Positions 24,166-35,882 of a DNA stretch of 64,000 nucleotides are shown one piece after another. This stretch comes from Vitrella brassicaformis CCMP3155. Taxonomy: Eukaryota; Protista; Chromerida. The stretch lies in NCBI GenBank assembly GCA_001179505.1, contig CDMY01000422.1, positions 1 to 64,000 on the forward strand, given 5' to 3'. Numbering within the stretch: position 1 is the first letter of the stretch; every line of letters begins with the position of its first letter. Position numbers and translations under genes: made by a program. A model generated the notes under the pieces. The model had not been told where the DNA came from. It worked only from the letters and a program-made list of their open reading frames with translations, and did no database searches.

Positions 24166-24766
24166 ATGAAACCTTCAGTCGGTCAAAGGATAATTAAGCT
24201 TGAATCTGGACCGTGCGTGATAATTCACATTCTGTTCGGAAGCTCAGCGTTGCTGCTGATTACAGGGAGGATGGGATCCCTGGTATGCACACAGGGGAGG
24301 GCGCAGAGCGCAAGAGCTTGTATGGAGCTGTGTGTATCGAGTCCAGAGGGCCCTGTTTCCTGCAGATCGAAGTCGTCCACATGACCCCGAGAACAATCAG
24401 ATGTTAGGCGGGAACATTCGTCGCCCTACAGTCTATGATCGGTTCTCTATCAGGTCCAAGACGCATCTTCTTGACGCACGCACTCTTGCAAAGCTCTTCG
24501 CTGAGCAAGGCGGCGGCAGGAGCCATAGGGCGACCCGAGCAATGGCACAATGCGAACGAGTAGCGTCTTGTTCGTGTCAGGCTCCGATAGGCTCGTATTG
24601 TCAATTGCTCTCAACGTAAGTAAAGAGGAACACACACACACACACCGACAGAGATAGACAGTGCCAGCCTTTGAGGGGTTTTCTCGTGTTTGTCTGCTCT
24701 ACATAGGACGACAGCCGGGACGCGTTGCAGAAGATCACTGGCTTCGTCTCTCCTGAGTTCTGTTGA
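24166..24766 (+). CDS. PSMG3: Proteasome assembly chaperone 3 (PAC3)-like; multi-exon
   Basis: MKPSVGQRIIKLESGPCVIIHILFGSSALLLITGRMGSL resembles PAC3 ...TQFGKMGTL. C-terminus DRLVLSIALN|DDSRDALQKITGF resembles PAC3 VLLAVAVKDKSMEGLKAL. Internal exon phases are uncertain. Confidence 0.6.
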
Positions 24767-25844
24767 GACTGGACAAAAACTTCCCGCACTGGAGTGCAAC
24801 TGATCGTGTCCTGGCAGATTAGCAGGTAGTGCGTGAGAGGTAAGGGCACGGGGAGGAGAAAAGGATGACTGACTGGATGACTTTCTCTGTGGTTGGGTTG
24901 CCTGTGTTGAGTGTAGCTGTTTCCCATCGGGACAAAAGCAGGTGCGAGTGTCGCGTGCATCTCACGCACCTTTTGGGAGGCACTCGCCTACAGAAATGCC
25001 TTCGTTGAGAACATCGAGCGCTCCCGAGGTTCCGAACAAGACGGAGGTGGTGCGTCAGCTGTGGCAGACATACAGACTGCCGGCTAGGGGGGACGAGATG
25101 GTGTGGAGAGACCAAGGAGAGGGAGGGGGAGAAATGAAGGAAACGAGCATAGAGAGTCTGAGACTGTGAGAGCAGGCGATGAACTTTTTTGGAACTGGTT
25201 AATACGTGTGTGTTCGTGCAACGTATACATGAGTAACGAGTTTGACCTAAAGGGCGGGAATGACTAAGGAATGACTAATGGTCTCCAATCTAATGAGTGA
25301 ACCTACTGTCTCTCTCAACGAAAGTGAAACCTGAGAGGCAACAGAAAGCATAGCCCCACTCCCCTTGCGACTCCTTCCGCTTCCTTGTGCCTCCCTCGCT
25401 CCCTACCATTGTGTGTGTGTGTTTTGGATGAAGATGGTGAGTTTTTCCGCAGATAGAAACGGAAAGCGTAGCTTATTTTATGTGATGGACCGTGGACGGC
25501 TGAAGACATCCTCGTCCTGTTGTTGAATCTGCGAAGGCGAGAGGTCTGCGATGATGGATTTCTAGACACTTATTCACATTTATTCTGTTGCGCCACTCTA
25601 CCTTAGGAGAAGTAGCCAGCTGCAACGATTCGCCCCCACTTATCCTTCAGACGCGACTCATCCAAAGGTTTGAAGCCGCCGTCCCTCGTGAGCTCGTAGA
25701 CTGTCGTGTCAGGAGCTCACGACCCCAGATAACAAACTCCCCGCCATAGCCATGCAGCCGTCTGTTCATCACACGTACCCCACATGGTAGAAAGAAGATT
25801 TGTCAACCATCAGATGGTCATTGACTAGATCACTGAGTTGTCAC

Positions 25845-26150
25845 ACGCCTGCTCTGGGTGTAGTGCGCACAGAGCCCAGCAACCGCCCCGCATACTTGAT
25901 CCCCTCCGCAGCTCCTATCGCCCTGAACAGACGATCCCCGACCCACCCGTCTCCTCCCTGGTCCCCTCCAAAAGCACCTCCAAGGGCTGAATGCGCTCAG
26001 GAATGACCTCCACAGCCATGTGCCGTGAGACTCAATCAACCCCCTGGGCACATCATATGTGGCCTCGACCGTGAGCAAGGCGCGCGAGATGCAGCGGGGG
26101 GACAAAAGAAGTGGAAAAAGGCGAAAAAGGATAACCGCATCCGTCTGTGC
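25845..26150 (-). pseudogene. Decayed copy of a dispersed lineage-specific coding family, paralogous to 39495-39800
   Basis: Colinear nucleotide similarity (GTGTAGTGC...GCCCAGCAACCGCCC...CTTGATCCCCTCCGCA...CATATG(T/C)GGCCTCGA...ACCGCATCCGTCTGTGC). The frame is broken here. Confidence 0.65.
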
Positions 26151-26463
26151 GAGCGGTGCATTAGGCTGGACAGCGACTAATGTCGCAACACCAACCTTTT
26201 ATTGCCCATTTGAGGTGCAGAGAACGCTCTGCCCGCGCAGGGTTGCAGACGGACTGTGGGATGACTGTGTGGACGATGACTGACATGATGGATTTTTGAC
26301 TGGCTCCTTCATGTGTTCCGTGAATGCATGTACCTGTTCGAGCCATTCATTCATGAGTTCGATCACGTCGCACAAAAGTCCGATTCACGTGAAAAAAAAG
26401 TCCGTTTGCGAAGAAAGCGAATTATGGGCTGTCGGCGCTATATACATATATATATTCTCCCAA

Positions 26464-26737
26464 AAGACAGGCCGTGTGCATGCTTTCTATGCATGTCGCG
26501 TGGACAGGATCCATCAGCCCCCCAAAAGGAGCACGGGAGGCACCTCTCGTCAAGTCGTAAAAATGATGGGTGTATAGGTTGGTTGGTTGGTTAGTGTGTT
26601 TAACGAGACTCGTGTCTGTAACCCCGGAGGGATCCTGTTGTCTCACGCACTAAACTAGTATAGGTAGACAGGCCGTGCTCTGCATGCTCTGCATGCTCAC
26701 AGGATCGGCGAGTCTCGTTAAACACAATATAACCAAC
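26464..26737. repeat. Cluster of three fragments (+,-,+) of a short repeat ending GAGTCTCGTTAAACACAATA...(CAAC)n
   Basis: 26578-26660 closely matches 46862-46930. 26662-26737 and 26464-26511 match the reverse complement of 46862-46980. Confidence 0.75.
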
Positions 26738-26771
26738 ACCCCAGAGAGGCGCCGGGATTGATCTGAAGCCC

Positions 26772-29700
26772 ATGATTCAAATCACGGATTCGTGCGGCAA
26801 CCTGCTCTTTTCTCTCCCGCTCAGAAATTTTGCCACGTCGGGCATTGTTCATGCCCTCCACCAAGCGAGCCAGTACCATAGCTGTTCTCCGGCATTATTC
26901 GTCACGGACAACAGCAGTGTCGTGGCATACAAAAGATTCGGTACAATTGTATGCCGTGGCCGTCTCAATGTTGAACCGGTCTTCACACGTGTGGCCTCCC
27001 TCAGATCTTGACCGACGCGACGACGCGTTCCTCGTCCTGGCAGTCGTCCACAGTGGCGGCCTTGTTTCTGAGAGCATTCCCTCACTGGTGATGGAGCGGC
27101 TCAGGGGGTGGCTCTCGTGTCTCCACCGGGCCGTTGTCTTGCTTCTAGGAGCGTGTCCACCCACACCGATGGCTGGGGCTAAAAAGGCGCTGCAGGTCAG
27201 CCCGGCAATCGTACGCAACTGAATGGAGTTTTCACCCCCGACATCTATCAGACGTTGGGACCTTTGTTGCGCTGCCTACTTTCTGAGGGTGTAGACCCAG
27301 GTCTGTCACCTGCTCCCATACACGTCGGGCCTTCGCTTCAGTGCGCCGAATACGTCGGTACGTCCGCCCGGAGAATGTCCGTCACCCACAGAGTTAGGCA
27401 TTTTGTCAGGCTTCTCTGCATCAGCCTGGGAGCTGCTGCAGGAGGTCCAGAAGGGGCTGCACGAGCTCGATGGCGGTGCAGATAAACGGGTATGTAGGCA
27501 ATCAAACTGCCGCCATGGTACGGCATTCTGTATATCCCTTCACTCCTGGGCCAGGAGCCGCAACTCTGTGCGGCGTTATCGTGGAAAGGAAGAACGCTCG
27601 CAGCCACACCCAAGTGGTTCGCAATGGTTGCCCGGCCAGATCCATCTGCGGACATATCTGACTGCAGCACATTGCGTGTCCTTTGCAGGAAATCCCAGGA
27701 CACCATCGACCAGTTACTGCTTCTCGCTCACGCAGACACCGTTGGCGTGCCCCGTAAGGGTCATGGTGGATTCCCTCTTTGACATTCATGTACCGGTGCG
27801 GGCTCCTCTGCCTTTAGGATTCGGTTCAGCCCTTGAGCGCAAGGACGCTTCTCAATCGAGCCAATGCCCCGTCCGTGTCCCTACAGCGCACGGAGGCTAC
27901 GATCAGGAGCCAGACGATGCATCGTGTCCGAAAGTGAGGGCGTAGTGGATGAGCCACGTCGGTGCGTGTCCGTGATTGCTGTCTTCCTCACCGTAGAGCC
28001 TCACGTCGTTGACATGTCTTCGTCTCTATGGACCTTCAACTCGGTGCCCAAAAAGGACAAAAGATGCATCATTAGGAGCCCAAGGTCAGGATAGAGATCG
28101 TATCACGTGGGCTTCACCATTTCACATCGCTGAGTGTGTGCAGACGATGGTGCAGCCTGCCAAGAGGAATGTGGCAAGACTCGTATGATCCCTGAATCGT
28201 TCGCATCCGTGCCTCTGCCATCCGGGGCTCCCAGTCGGGTGTATCATCGCGGCATGCCATCGTTGACCAGCAGCATCCCTGTGCCTACCCGTGAGCCGGT
28301 GCCAGAGGATGACAGCAGCATCCCATCGTATCCGACTACACCGAGAAGCTGGCGAGGGGAAGCAGGGCACAACTTGGTGTTGTTCCAGATGCCCTCCAGG
28401 CCTGGACAGGAGGAGGGTGACGAGGGGGACGGCGAGGCAAGTGAGCTCATGTCGTTGAGAGACGGGGAGGCCAACCCAGCGCCAGCGGGCGGGACGGCGC
28501 AATCCAAGGACAGGCCGCACTCCATCGAGGGAGACAGCGACTCCTCGTCATCGCACGGCGGAACGGACAGGTCCGTGCAGAGCGCTGTGCACACGCCGCC
28601 AGACACACAATGCGCTCTAGACTGCTTTGCGACCGGTGCGGACTGCGTTATGTGCAGTCCCATCCCGATGCCCTCACAGCCCGGCCAGGGCCCGCCCTAC
28701 GGGTTTGCGCACCTGAGACAACTCTCAACGGGCCCAGCAGCAGTTCAAACATCTGACGGCTATCCCTCCTGCATCGACACGTCTGCCATCCGCTGTTGCC
28801 GCCTACCGAGAGGCATTAGCCCCGTCTTCGTCGCTGATGCAGGGCAAGTAGATGCGCCGCCGGGGGACAAGGCAGGCCAGTCCGAAGCGCCTAGCAGTGC
28901 CGAGCCTTTGCCTGCTGATGGTGAGTGCGAGCGCTCACTGGTCCTGAGCGTACTGGAAGATAGACAGGAGCGCAGTTCCAATATCAGTCCCAAGATGCTC
29001 CATCAGGTGAGCGCAAGGGAAAGGAGACATGCCGTCCTGCCGTGCATCTCTGCGTTGTCCATGCAGGTGTTGTCTAGTGACCCGTGTCGTCGTCGCCTAC
29101 GTAGCTGCCTCGGGGACTTGTGCACGACCTGCATTCCAATGCCTCAACACGTGGACTGGTAAGGCCGCGCGCAAACGAGGGTGTGTGGTGGGATTCGCAG
29201 GTGGACCACCCTTCTTGTTGGCAGCGCTTTGCTGATCGATACAGCCAGTCACGAATCCCTTGTACAGGTCGGCATTTTCATATGAATCCCTGCCTGATCT
29301 CCTCGTTCCGTCTACTATCCTTCCCGTCTTTTTCTGCCCTAGCCCTCCGTGGCCGGGTGCATTCCACAGCAGTCTTCCAGGCAACGGAAGCTCATTTGCG
29401 GCATAAGGTGCGCAGTAGGGGATGCATCAGGGGAGTGAATACGGACGACAGGCCAGGCCGGGTCACTGATTTACAATACATCACCTGTTTTTATTGCATG
29501 AAGGCGCATAGCCCTATGGCGTTCTTCTCTGCCTCCCCTGAGCGCCTGCCGGCCATTCCATGTGGTGGGGCTCTCCAGCTATACTGTCGTCGGGGGCCGC
29601 AGAGATGACGATGGGCTCGAAGTATGGATAGCGAGCACCAGAGGGGCGCGACTGGATGGCCCGGCGCATCTGTTGGAGAGGCCGACTTACGGCACTCGCG

Positions 29701-29876
29701 TGGCGCTGTCGACAGTGAAGAACATGCTCCAGACGGCGCCGTCCTTGTTGCAAGTGCGGGAAGTGCATGGAGAAGAACCCGATGCGGCTGCGAGCAGTGT
29801 CCCGCACGAGACCTCCGCTCTTTTGTGGCTGGTGGAGACGATGAGCAGAGGATGCACGTTGCCTGTCACGAAATAG
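26772..29876 (+). CDS. FUZ: Fuzzy-like tri-longin protein (CPLANE/Mon1-HPS1 superfamily) with a long low-complexity insert; multi-exon
   Basis: Spliced segments match Fuzzy as I recall it: MIQITDSCGNLLFS, FATSGIVHAL, TDNSSVVAYKRF, LHRAVVLLLG, AKKALQTLGPLLRCLL, LQCAEYVAWELLQEV, AALSWKGRTLAATPKWF (cf. SLVVSGRVVAATEGWW), CPVRVP and C-terminal PTYGTR (cf. PTHGLR). Confidence 0.75.
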
Positions 29877-30628
29877 ATGGAGACACTAGTTCATGGATGG
29901 GGACTACTCCAAACGGAATGACGACATTGAAAGAACCCGGGCTGGACGGGGAGTCATGCCGTCCAATTTGATGCCGTCTCGCAGGACACCTGGCATCTGT
30001 GAGTACCAGGGTACATTACTGGTGGCGGATACGGACTCGGACAGTGCCGGTGGTTGCTTTTCTTAGCTAGGCGGTGGTGTGGGTGGCCCGCTTTGTCCAG
30101 TGTGTGTGTGGAAAAATACTGTTGAATGAAAAATGGATTGGAATAGTTTGACGCAAGATGAAGTTTGGGAGAGCTATATAATGCGAAGGGCAGCGAAGGA
30201 GCGCCGACGACAGGTCAGTTCATCTGAGTGATGCATGTGTCTCCGCGCCGGTCTGCGCTTCGTGCATCCCTCACTCCAGCAAAGGGGCCGAGAGTAAACA
30301 ACCTTCACTGTCTGCAGATACGTATCGTGACAGGGGCTGGATATTCGTGAGGCACCACACAAAAAAGCACGTGCCGTAGGGTATGCACGGACCTAAGACA
30401 CTGATGGCAGGCTCCTCTAGTACATATATATCTCAGCTTGAAAAGCCAGACAGAATAAAGGCCTACACCCACCCGTCCACCCCATCTCGGTCATCCATCA
30501 GTCAACAAGACCTACATATGTCGATCTACATATTGGTCTACGTAGAGAATCGAAAAAGGTATCAACGGGGAAAATTTCCCTCACCATATGAAATACACCA
30601 TACACAGATAGGGAGTGGGCAACTAATC

Positions 30629-33057
30629 TCATTGACAACACTTCGTGCCCAACAGATGCTCGTACTTGAGCAGAAGAGCTTCCTTAATTGCTTCCAGCTT
30701 CCCATGGGTGCTCCATGGAAAGATCGCTCTGCACTCTTTCTTGTTGCGCTGGTGCTTCATCACACAGCGCTTGTTGGCCGAATCGAGCGTGCACCCTGTC
30801 TTCTTGAGAGGTGGCAGTTCGTGTTTGGCGATCACATCGAGTGCAGCTTCGACGGCCGTCAGCTGCCGCCCATCCAGGCCCGTGAGCTGGGGCCCTGCCT
30901 CCTCGGTGTCATGCATGTCAACCGATGGCGCACACTCGCCGCACTCACCATCCTCCAGGTGCTGCCGTTTGCGCAGGAGAGCAGCAAGCAGCGCTTCCAT
31001 GCTGGTGGGGTAGTCGACCGTGCCTGAAGTGAACGGACTCCGTGTGGCTCATCAACTGCACGCACGCATAGAACAATACTGCTGATGGGTCAGATCTCAA
31101 CGAATCTACGTGATATGTTTCTATTCGTACCCATGCCGACGGAGGCCTGTGGGAAACTCCAATCCGAAAGTGAGGAGACACCTCACGTCGCTCTCGTATG
31201 GCGGCCTCGACCTCCTCGATGACACTGTTGATGCACTTGACTTTCAGACTCTGAGTCTCCTGTTTCTTGAATTCCTCCCACCCTGGCCCCCGTCAATGCA
31301 TTTGGGACAGCCATGGCCCTGCAGGTGCTGCTTCCTGCACTCCAGGGCGGCCAGCAGTGCCCCCCTCTCTCCGTCGTACAGTTGATGTTTGCGGAAATAA
31401 CGCTGACACGTCGAATGCCATGCAAGCCATCCTCCCGTCCGACCGTGGGTAGGGCGATGCTGCCGACGTCGACCGACTTGTTGTTGGTCTCCTCGATGGC
31501 CCTCTCGACGTCCTTGATCTCTCGCTGCTGGTACTCCTCGTACCGTTGTTGCGCTGTCTGCGCTGCCTGGCGGAGGGCTGCTGCCACCTGGCCACGACGT
31601 GTGTGAGTGGCGGGGAGAGGGGCGGGGGAAGGATCCTGGGGAGGGGGGAGGGGGTATACTTGCCGCGGGGAGGGATCTTACGCAGGTCGGGCTGGGGGTG
31701 GCCATCAGGGACAGGGGAGAGAGGAACAGTGCGGGAAGTGTCTGACTTGACCTAAAACAGCACAAGACACTCGCGGCGATTCGTATGTGCGGGCTGATTC
31801 GTACCTCGCCATCGATGCCTATGTAGACTGGGTACACGGGCTTGTGTCGGTTGTAGTACCTCAGATCCTCGAACTCCTCGGGCAACTCCGTCTTGTCAAA
31901 TGCATCACGGCCAGCGCCATCGCGAGGGACAATGCACCAGCTCATCACCTGCCACAACACAGACACGACAGTGGATAGATCCCTCAGACATATCAGGTTG
32001 TGCCACAGCTTCGTACCTGCGCGATCGATGGCGGTTCGCCCCCATTGTACTTGCTGTACTGGTTGTCGACCATCGTGAGGAAGCAGTGGGCGGTCATCCT
32101 CATCCCAGGAAGACGATAGCGGTTCGAACAGGAGCAGAAGACGTCGTACAGCTGGAGGGCCTCTGCAGGAACAAAGAACATCAGCCCATGAGTGGATGCA
32201 AGTGCGTGTGTTGCATTGTGCATTGATAGATTGCCAACCTTTCGGACTCTTGAAGCTCCACCTTTTCTTGACGACATCGAAGAACTTCTTCCAGTTGTTG
32301 CGCTCGTGGTTCCTGGCCCTTCCGTCCGTCCACACTGAGTCCACTGCTGCAAAGGGAACAGAAACAGACAAGATGATGAGGGCCGATGTGTCCTTCTGCC
32401 TTGTTAAGACTTACCTGCAGCGGTGTGATGCTGTCGTCTCCCTGCAATCCAGCAGCCTGGTCGCACTCGGCTGCCTCTGCAGTATAGCCTTGCTGCCTGA
32501 GGTAGTCGCACACCGCCATGACGCCCCCTGTGTTGGTAGTCTGCCGTAGCACGGACACGTCCTCGCGGAAAGCGAGGGTCTGCATACAACACATGCCAAG
32601 CAGCCACGTCCAAGCCGCCTGTTTCGTTTGTGAGGGGGTTTGCAGTTCACCTGCTTGAGCGTTTCGTAGAGTTTGTCGAACTCCTTCTTGATGCAGGTGG
32701 GGTCGATAGAGTGGAAATCGTGCACCTTCTCAGAAACAACGACTACCTGAATCGACACGCGGACAAGGAAGAGATTGTCTGATTAGTGCGGTATCGCCAG
32801 GTGTTTCCTTTGTTTACGTGGCGCTTGTGAGCTGCTTTGTGTGGCTTCAAGAGCTCTTCAAAGAAGGAGGGAAAGTCCATCGGTACCATCTCTCGCAGCT
32901 CCGAGTCGCCCTTGAAGAGGCCGTATTTCCATGCCGCAGGATCAGACTTGCCCTTGATAGGACGGCTCTTCCACCAATATGGGTAGACCTGCGATGGTGT
33001 AGAGCCCGGCTCCCCCTGTGGACTACAGATGTTGCTCACGTCCCATACGACGATCAT
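30629..33057 (-). pseudogene. Frameshifted multi-exon gene of a lineage-specific family with C-terminal tandem AP2-like/Cys-His modules
   Basis: Spliced exons with clean splice sites, but a +1 frameshift just before MEALL relative to the paralog at 47390-48003, and a phase conflict near 32350-32420. Modules GALLAALECRKQHLQGHGCPKC, MEALLAALLRKRQHLEDGECGEC and KLEAIKEALLLKYEHLLGTKCC. Confidence 0.6.
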
Positions 33058-33687
33058 GAGCTGTCCAGGTGGAAAACCCAGCGGCCTGGAGGGTGGGTAA
33101 TGTGTTTGTGCAATGGTTTGACCTGAAAAACCAAAACGGTCAGCACAATACCATACCGAGACACGGGATTGAAGAAAATCTATGGGGATGAAGGAAAGGC
33201 TTGCTGGGTTCCTTCCTCATGGCAGTTCATGTCCATATGTCGGTTGCGCCTCCTCTGTCGACCTCCGCAGGCGGCCGCGGCCCTTCTTTTTCCTCCTCTT
33301 CATCGCCGTGCAGACCTCTCAGTCGGTGCAGACCCTCTGAAGGAAGGAAAGAGAGGGAAAGGCCGAAATCGCACTGACGCAGTGGATGCACAGAATGAAC
33401 GGGAGGATGGCTGGGCTAGAAGTGCTCGATCAGCTCTGTCTCCAGAATTTCGTGGACGGCAGAATCCCCTCTCCTCCACGCATTTGCGTCGGAGAATGCA
33501 TGGGAGAATGTGATGAGAATGCTCTGACGGCGAGAAGGGAGTGGGCCCAGCCATAGGCAGACGACATAGGAGACGGCCCCATCGAGAGGCTAAACTACAT
33601 CCCAGGTTGGCAACGGGTGTATTCCGAGTCGTGAGGCGTAAATTCAAGGAGTCCAGGGAGAATTAGACCCACGATCAACAAACCCGG

Positions 33688-35454
33688 TCAAAACGGATCT
33701 CTATTTTGTGGTCGGTCACCCCCCGATGGGTGTAGCTGCTGTGGCCAGCACTGGTGACGGCTTGGGCAGGCAGGCACTCACCAGTGTGGGATTGACATAC
33801 GGACGAAGCCGACGAAGGTCCTCCAGAATCTTGGGGTCATTCCACGGACCTGAACACACACACACAACACCGTCACGTCACCACACACTAATCCCCGCCT
33901 CAAACGCATTCGTGTGCGTGTGCGTGTGCGTGTCGTCTGTCATTTGTCCTCTGTCTCGTGTCGGCAGAAAGTGCCTGACTGGCTGGCTAGCTGGCTGCGC
34001 ACCTCTGTTCCAGCTCATCCATTCTTCAGGATTTGAGTACTTGTTTGTCCCACCTGACGGAGAGACCGACGCACAAGCATCACATAACAATTGCCTCGTC
34101 TCACACAAGCCTGTCCGACCAAGGAAGTCCGGGAGCTGGTCGTCATCGGCAAACTGAGATAGAATGGGCCTGAGATGGACATATCACAGACACCCGCCCG
34201 CGCACACCGCACAAGCACACCAGTGAATATCTTCTCCAGCCATCCTTTCATGTGGATTGTCACTTGAAGCTCTTGATGTCACCGCATAGCTGAATCTTCT
34301 TGACCGTCTTCTGAGATGCCAGGGCACGCGGGCACTTGTGTGAAGGAACAGAGGGGTATGATCCGTGTGAGTATGTGCTAGCTCACTTCATCGAGGAGTG
34401 GTTTGACGAACTGCCATATGACGTTGAACACGGTTGGAGTGTTGACGATGATCATATTACCTGCGGCCATCCATTCCATCGACAGCTCCTTATCAAGCTC
34501 TTTCGTTTCGCTGGCGTGGCTGTCGCCCCCCTCCCCCTCTCACCCAGTGATTCTGGGTAGTAGTCTTGACAGACACCCGTGAGCTTCTTGACGATGGTGC
34601 GAGTCTGCGTCCCAAAGTGGCGAAGACCTGCACAAGACATGTATGCACACATGCGGACAGGCCAGAGAGAACAGACATGGAATAGTTCGTCGTCCGTAAA
34701 GGAGGATGGACGTACGTACCCAGCCCCGAGAGGTCGAGGACGGTGAGTGACTGTGAGATTCTCTTGCCCGACTTGACACTGCAGGCGGGGAAACGGACCT
34801 CCAACACTGAATTCACATTAAGTAGAGGGGTGCTTCACACCCTGTGCAGACTCCTTGTGATCCCGGCTGCTTTCGCGCGCGCCCTCCTTGTCTCCCGCCC
34901 ACCCTTGTTGTACATTTTTCGTAGTCTTGCACCCAGTATTCCAGCAGGCGCTCGAAGTTGCAGTTCTCGAGCAGAGATGCGACATCGATGGAGCCTATCC
35001 GTTCGACGTAGATGGGGCGGCCTGAGCACGCAGACGAGAAAACGCAGTCAGCCACCCAGCCAGATGCACGGCTGGACCCGTCTGCACGTGACAATTGGTG
35101 GGTGAGAGGCTGACCGTCTTTTGCCACTCCGTGATAGCCGTGGGGGTAGAACTTCCTTATGACCCTGGTCTCGGGGAACTCGCCCTCCTGACCACACAAC
35201 ACAGATGACATCCATCCATCATCAGGTTGGTTGGTTACGTTGACGATTCTGTCGACTCCGAATTCCTCCCTCCACTTGATGTAGTTTTTGATCATGATGA
35301 GTGATTTGTCGAGGTCGAACTTCCTCGCGCGCAGGAAGCGAAGCAGGAATTGGTCGTCGTACCTGGGGTGGGATAGGAGCTCTCCGAGAGAACTCTTAAA
35401 GGCCATCAGCGTTCTCTCCTGCTCCTCACTCAAATCACCCACGAAACCTGACAT
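33688..35454 (-). CDS. SEC14: Sec14/CRAL-TRIO lipid-transfer protein; multi-exon; last exon ambiguous (stop at 33688 or 33716)
   Basis: [12 protein letters not shown]...[19 protein letters not shown]...[57 protein letters not shown]. Confidence 0.92.
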
Positions 35455-35882
35455 CTTGACTCGGTACACAAGATGCTCCGTAGGATCTAAAGAAAGGAAG
35501 GCGGGAGGACCGGGCGGGAAGCAGATACACGCTGCAATGGCTGACGGAAGTCTTTCTCCACGCTGTTCAGCTGCGGATCTCCACCCATGAGGTACATCCA
35601 AGAAGATCGCATGCGAGCCTAAAGCCAAGCTCGCGGGAAATTTGTTCTTTCTCCGGTTCGTGATGAGTTTCCGCATACAACACGCAATACGTCTGTGGCT
35701 TCAACAATTGAGCCCTTCTCACGCGCGAGCTAAAAAAGCAGATCTGCAACAAAAGAACGGGTGCACAGCCAGAATTTGATGAGACTGGAGACTGGTGAGA
35801 ATTTGATGAACAAACCAAGACAGATCTACGAGACATGATGTGATGTATTGATGGGTATTAGTTCGTTAGCATAACGCGGAGA

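Noticed and set aside
24800-25800. Possible small minus-strand gene
   Set aside because: Splice-like signals exist, but no exon combination gave a convincing open, protein-like frame.
26578-26737. Classical MITE
   Set aside because: The copy at 46862-46980 has only one 'TIR' and the interior in the opposite orientation; no TSD seen.
30383-31027. Long plus-strand ORF and the many other overlapping antisense ORFs in the track
   Set aside because: Shadow frames of GC-rich coding exons with no independent motifs.
32420-32580. SF2 helicase motif V/VI similarity (VMAVCDYLRQQGY...Q...GR)
   Set aside because: The resemblance is weak, depends on a frame that stops in the next exon, and no Walker motifs were found.
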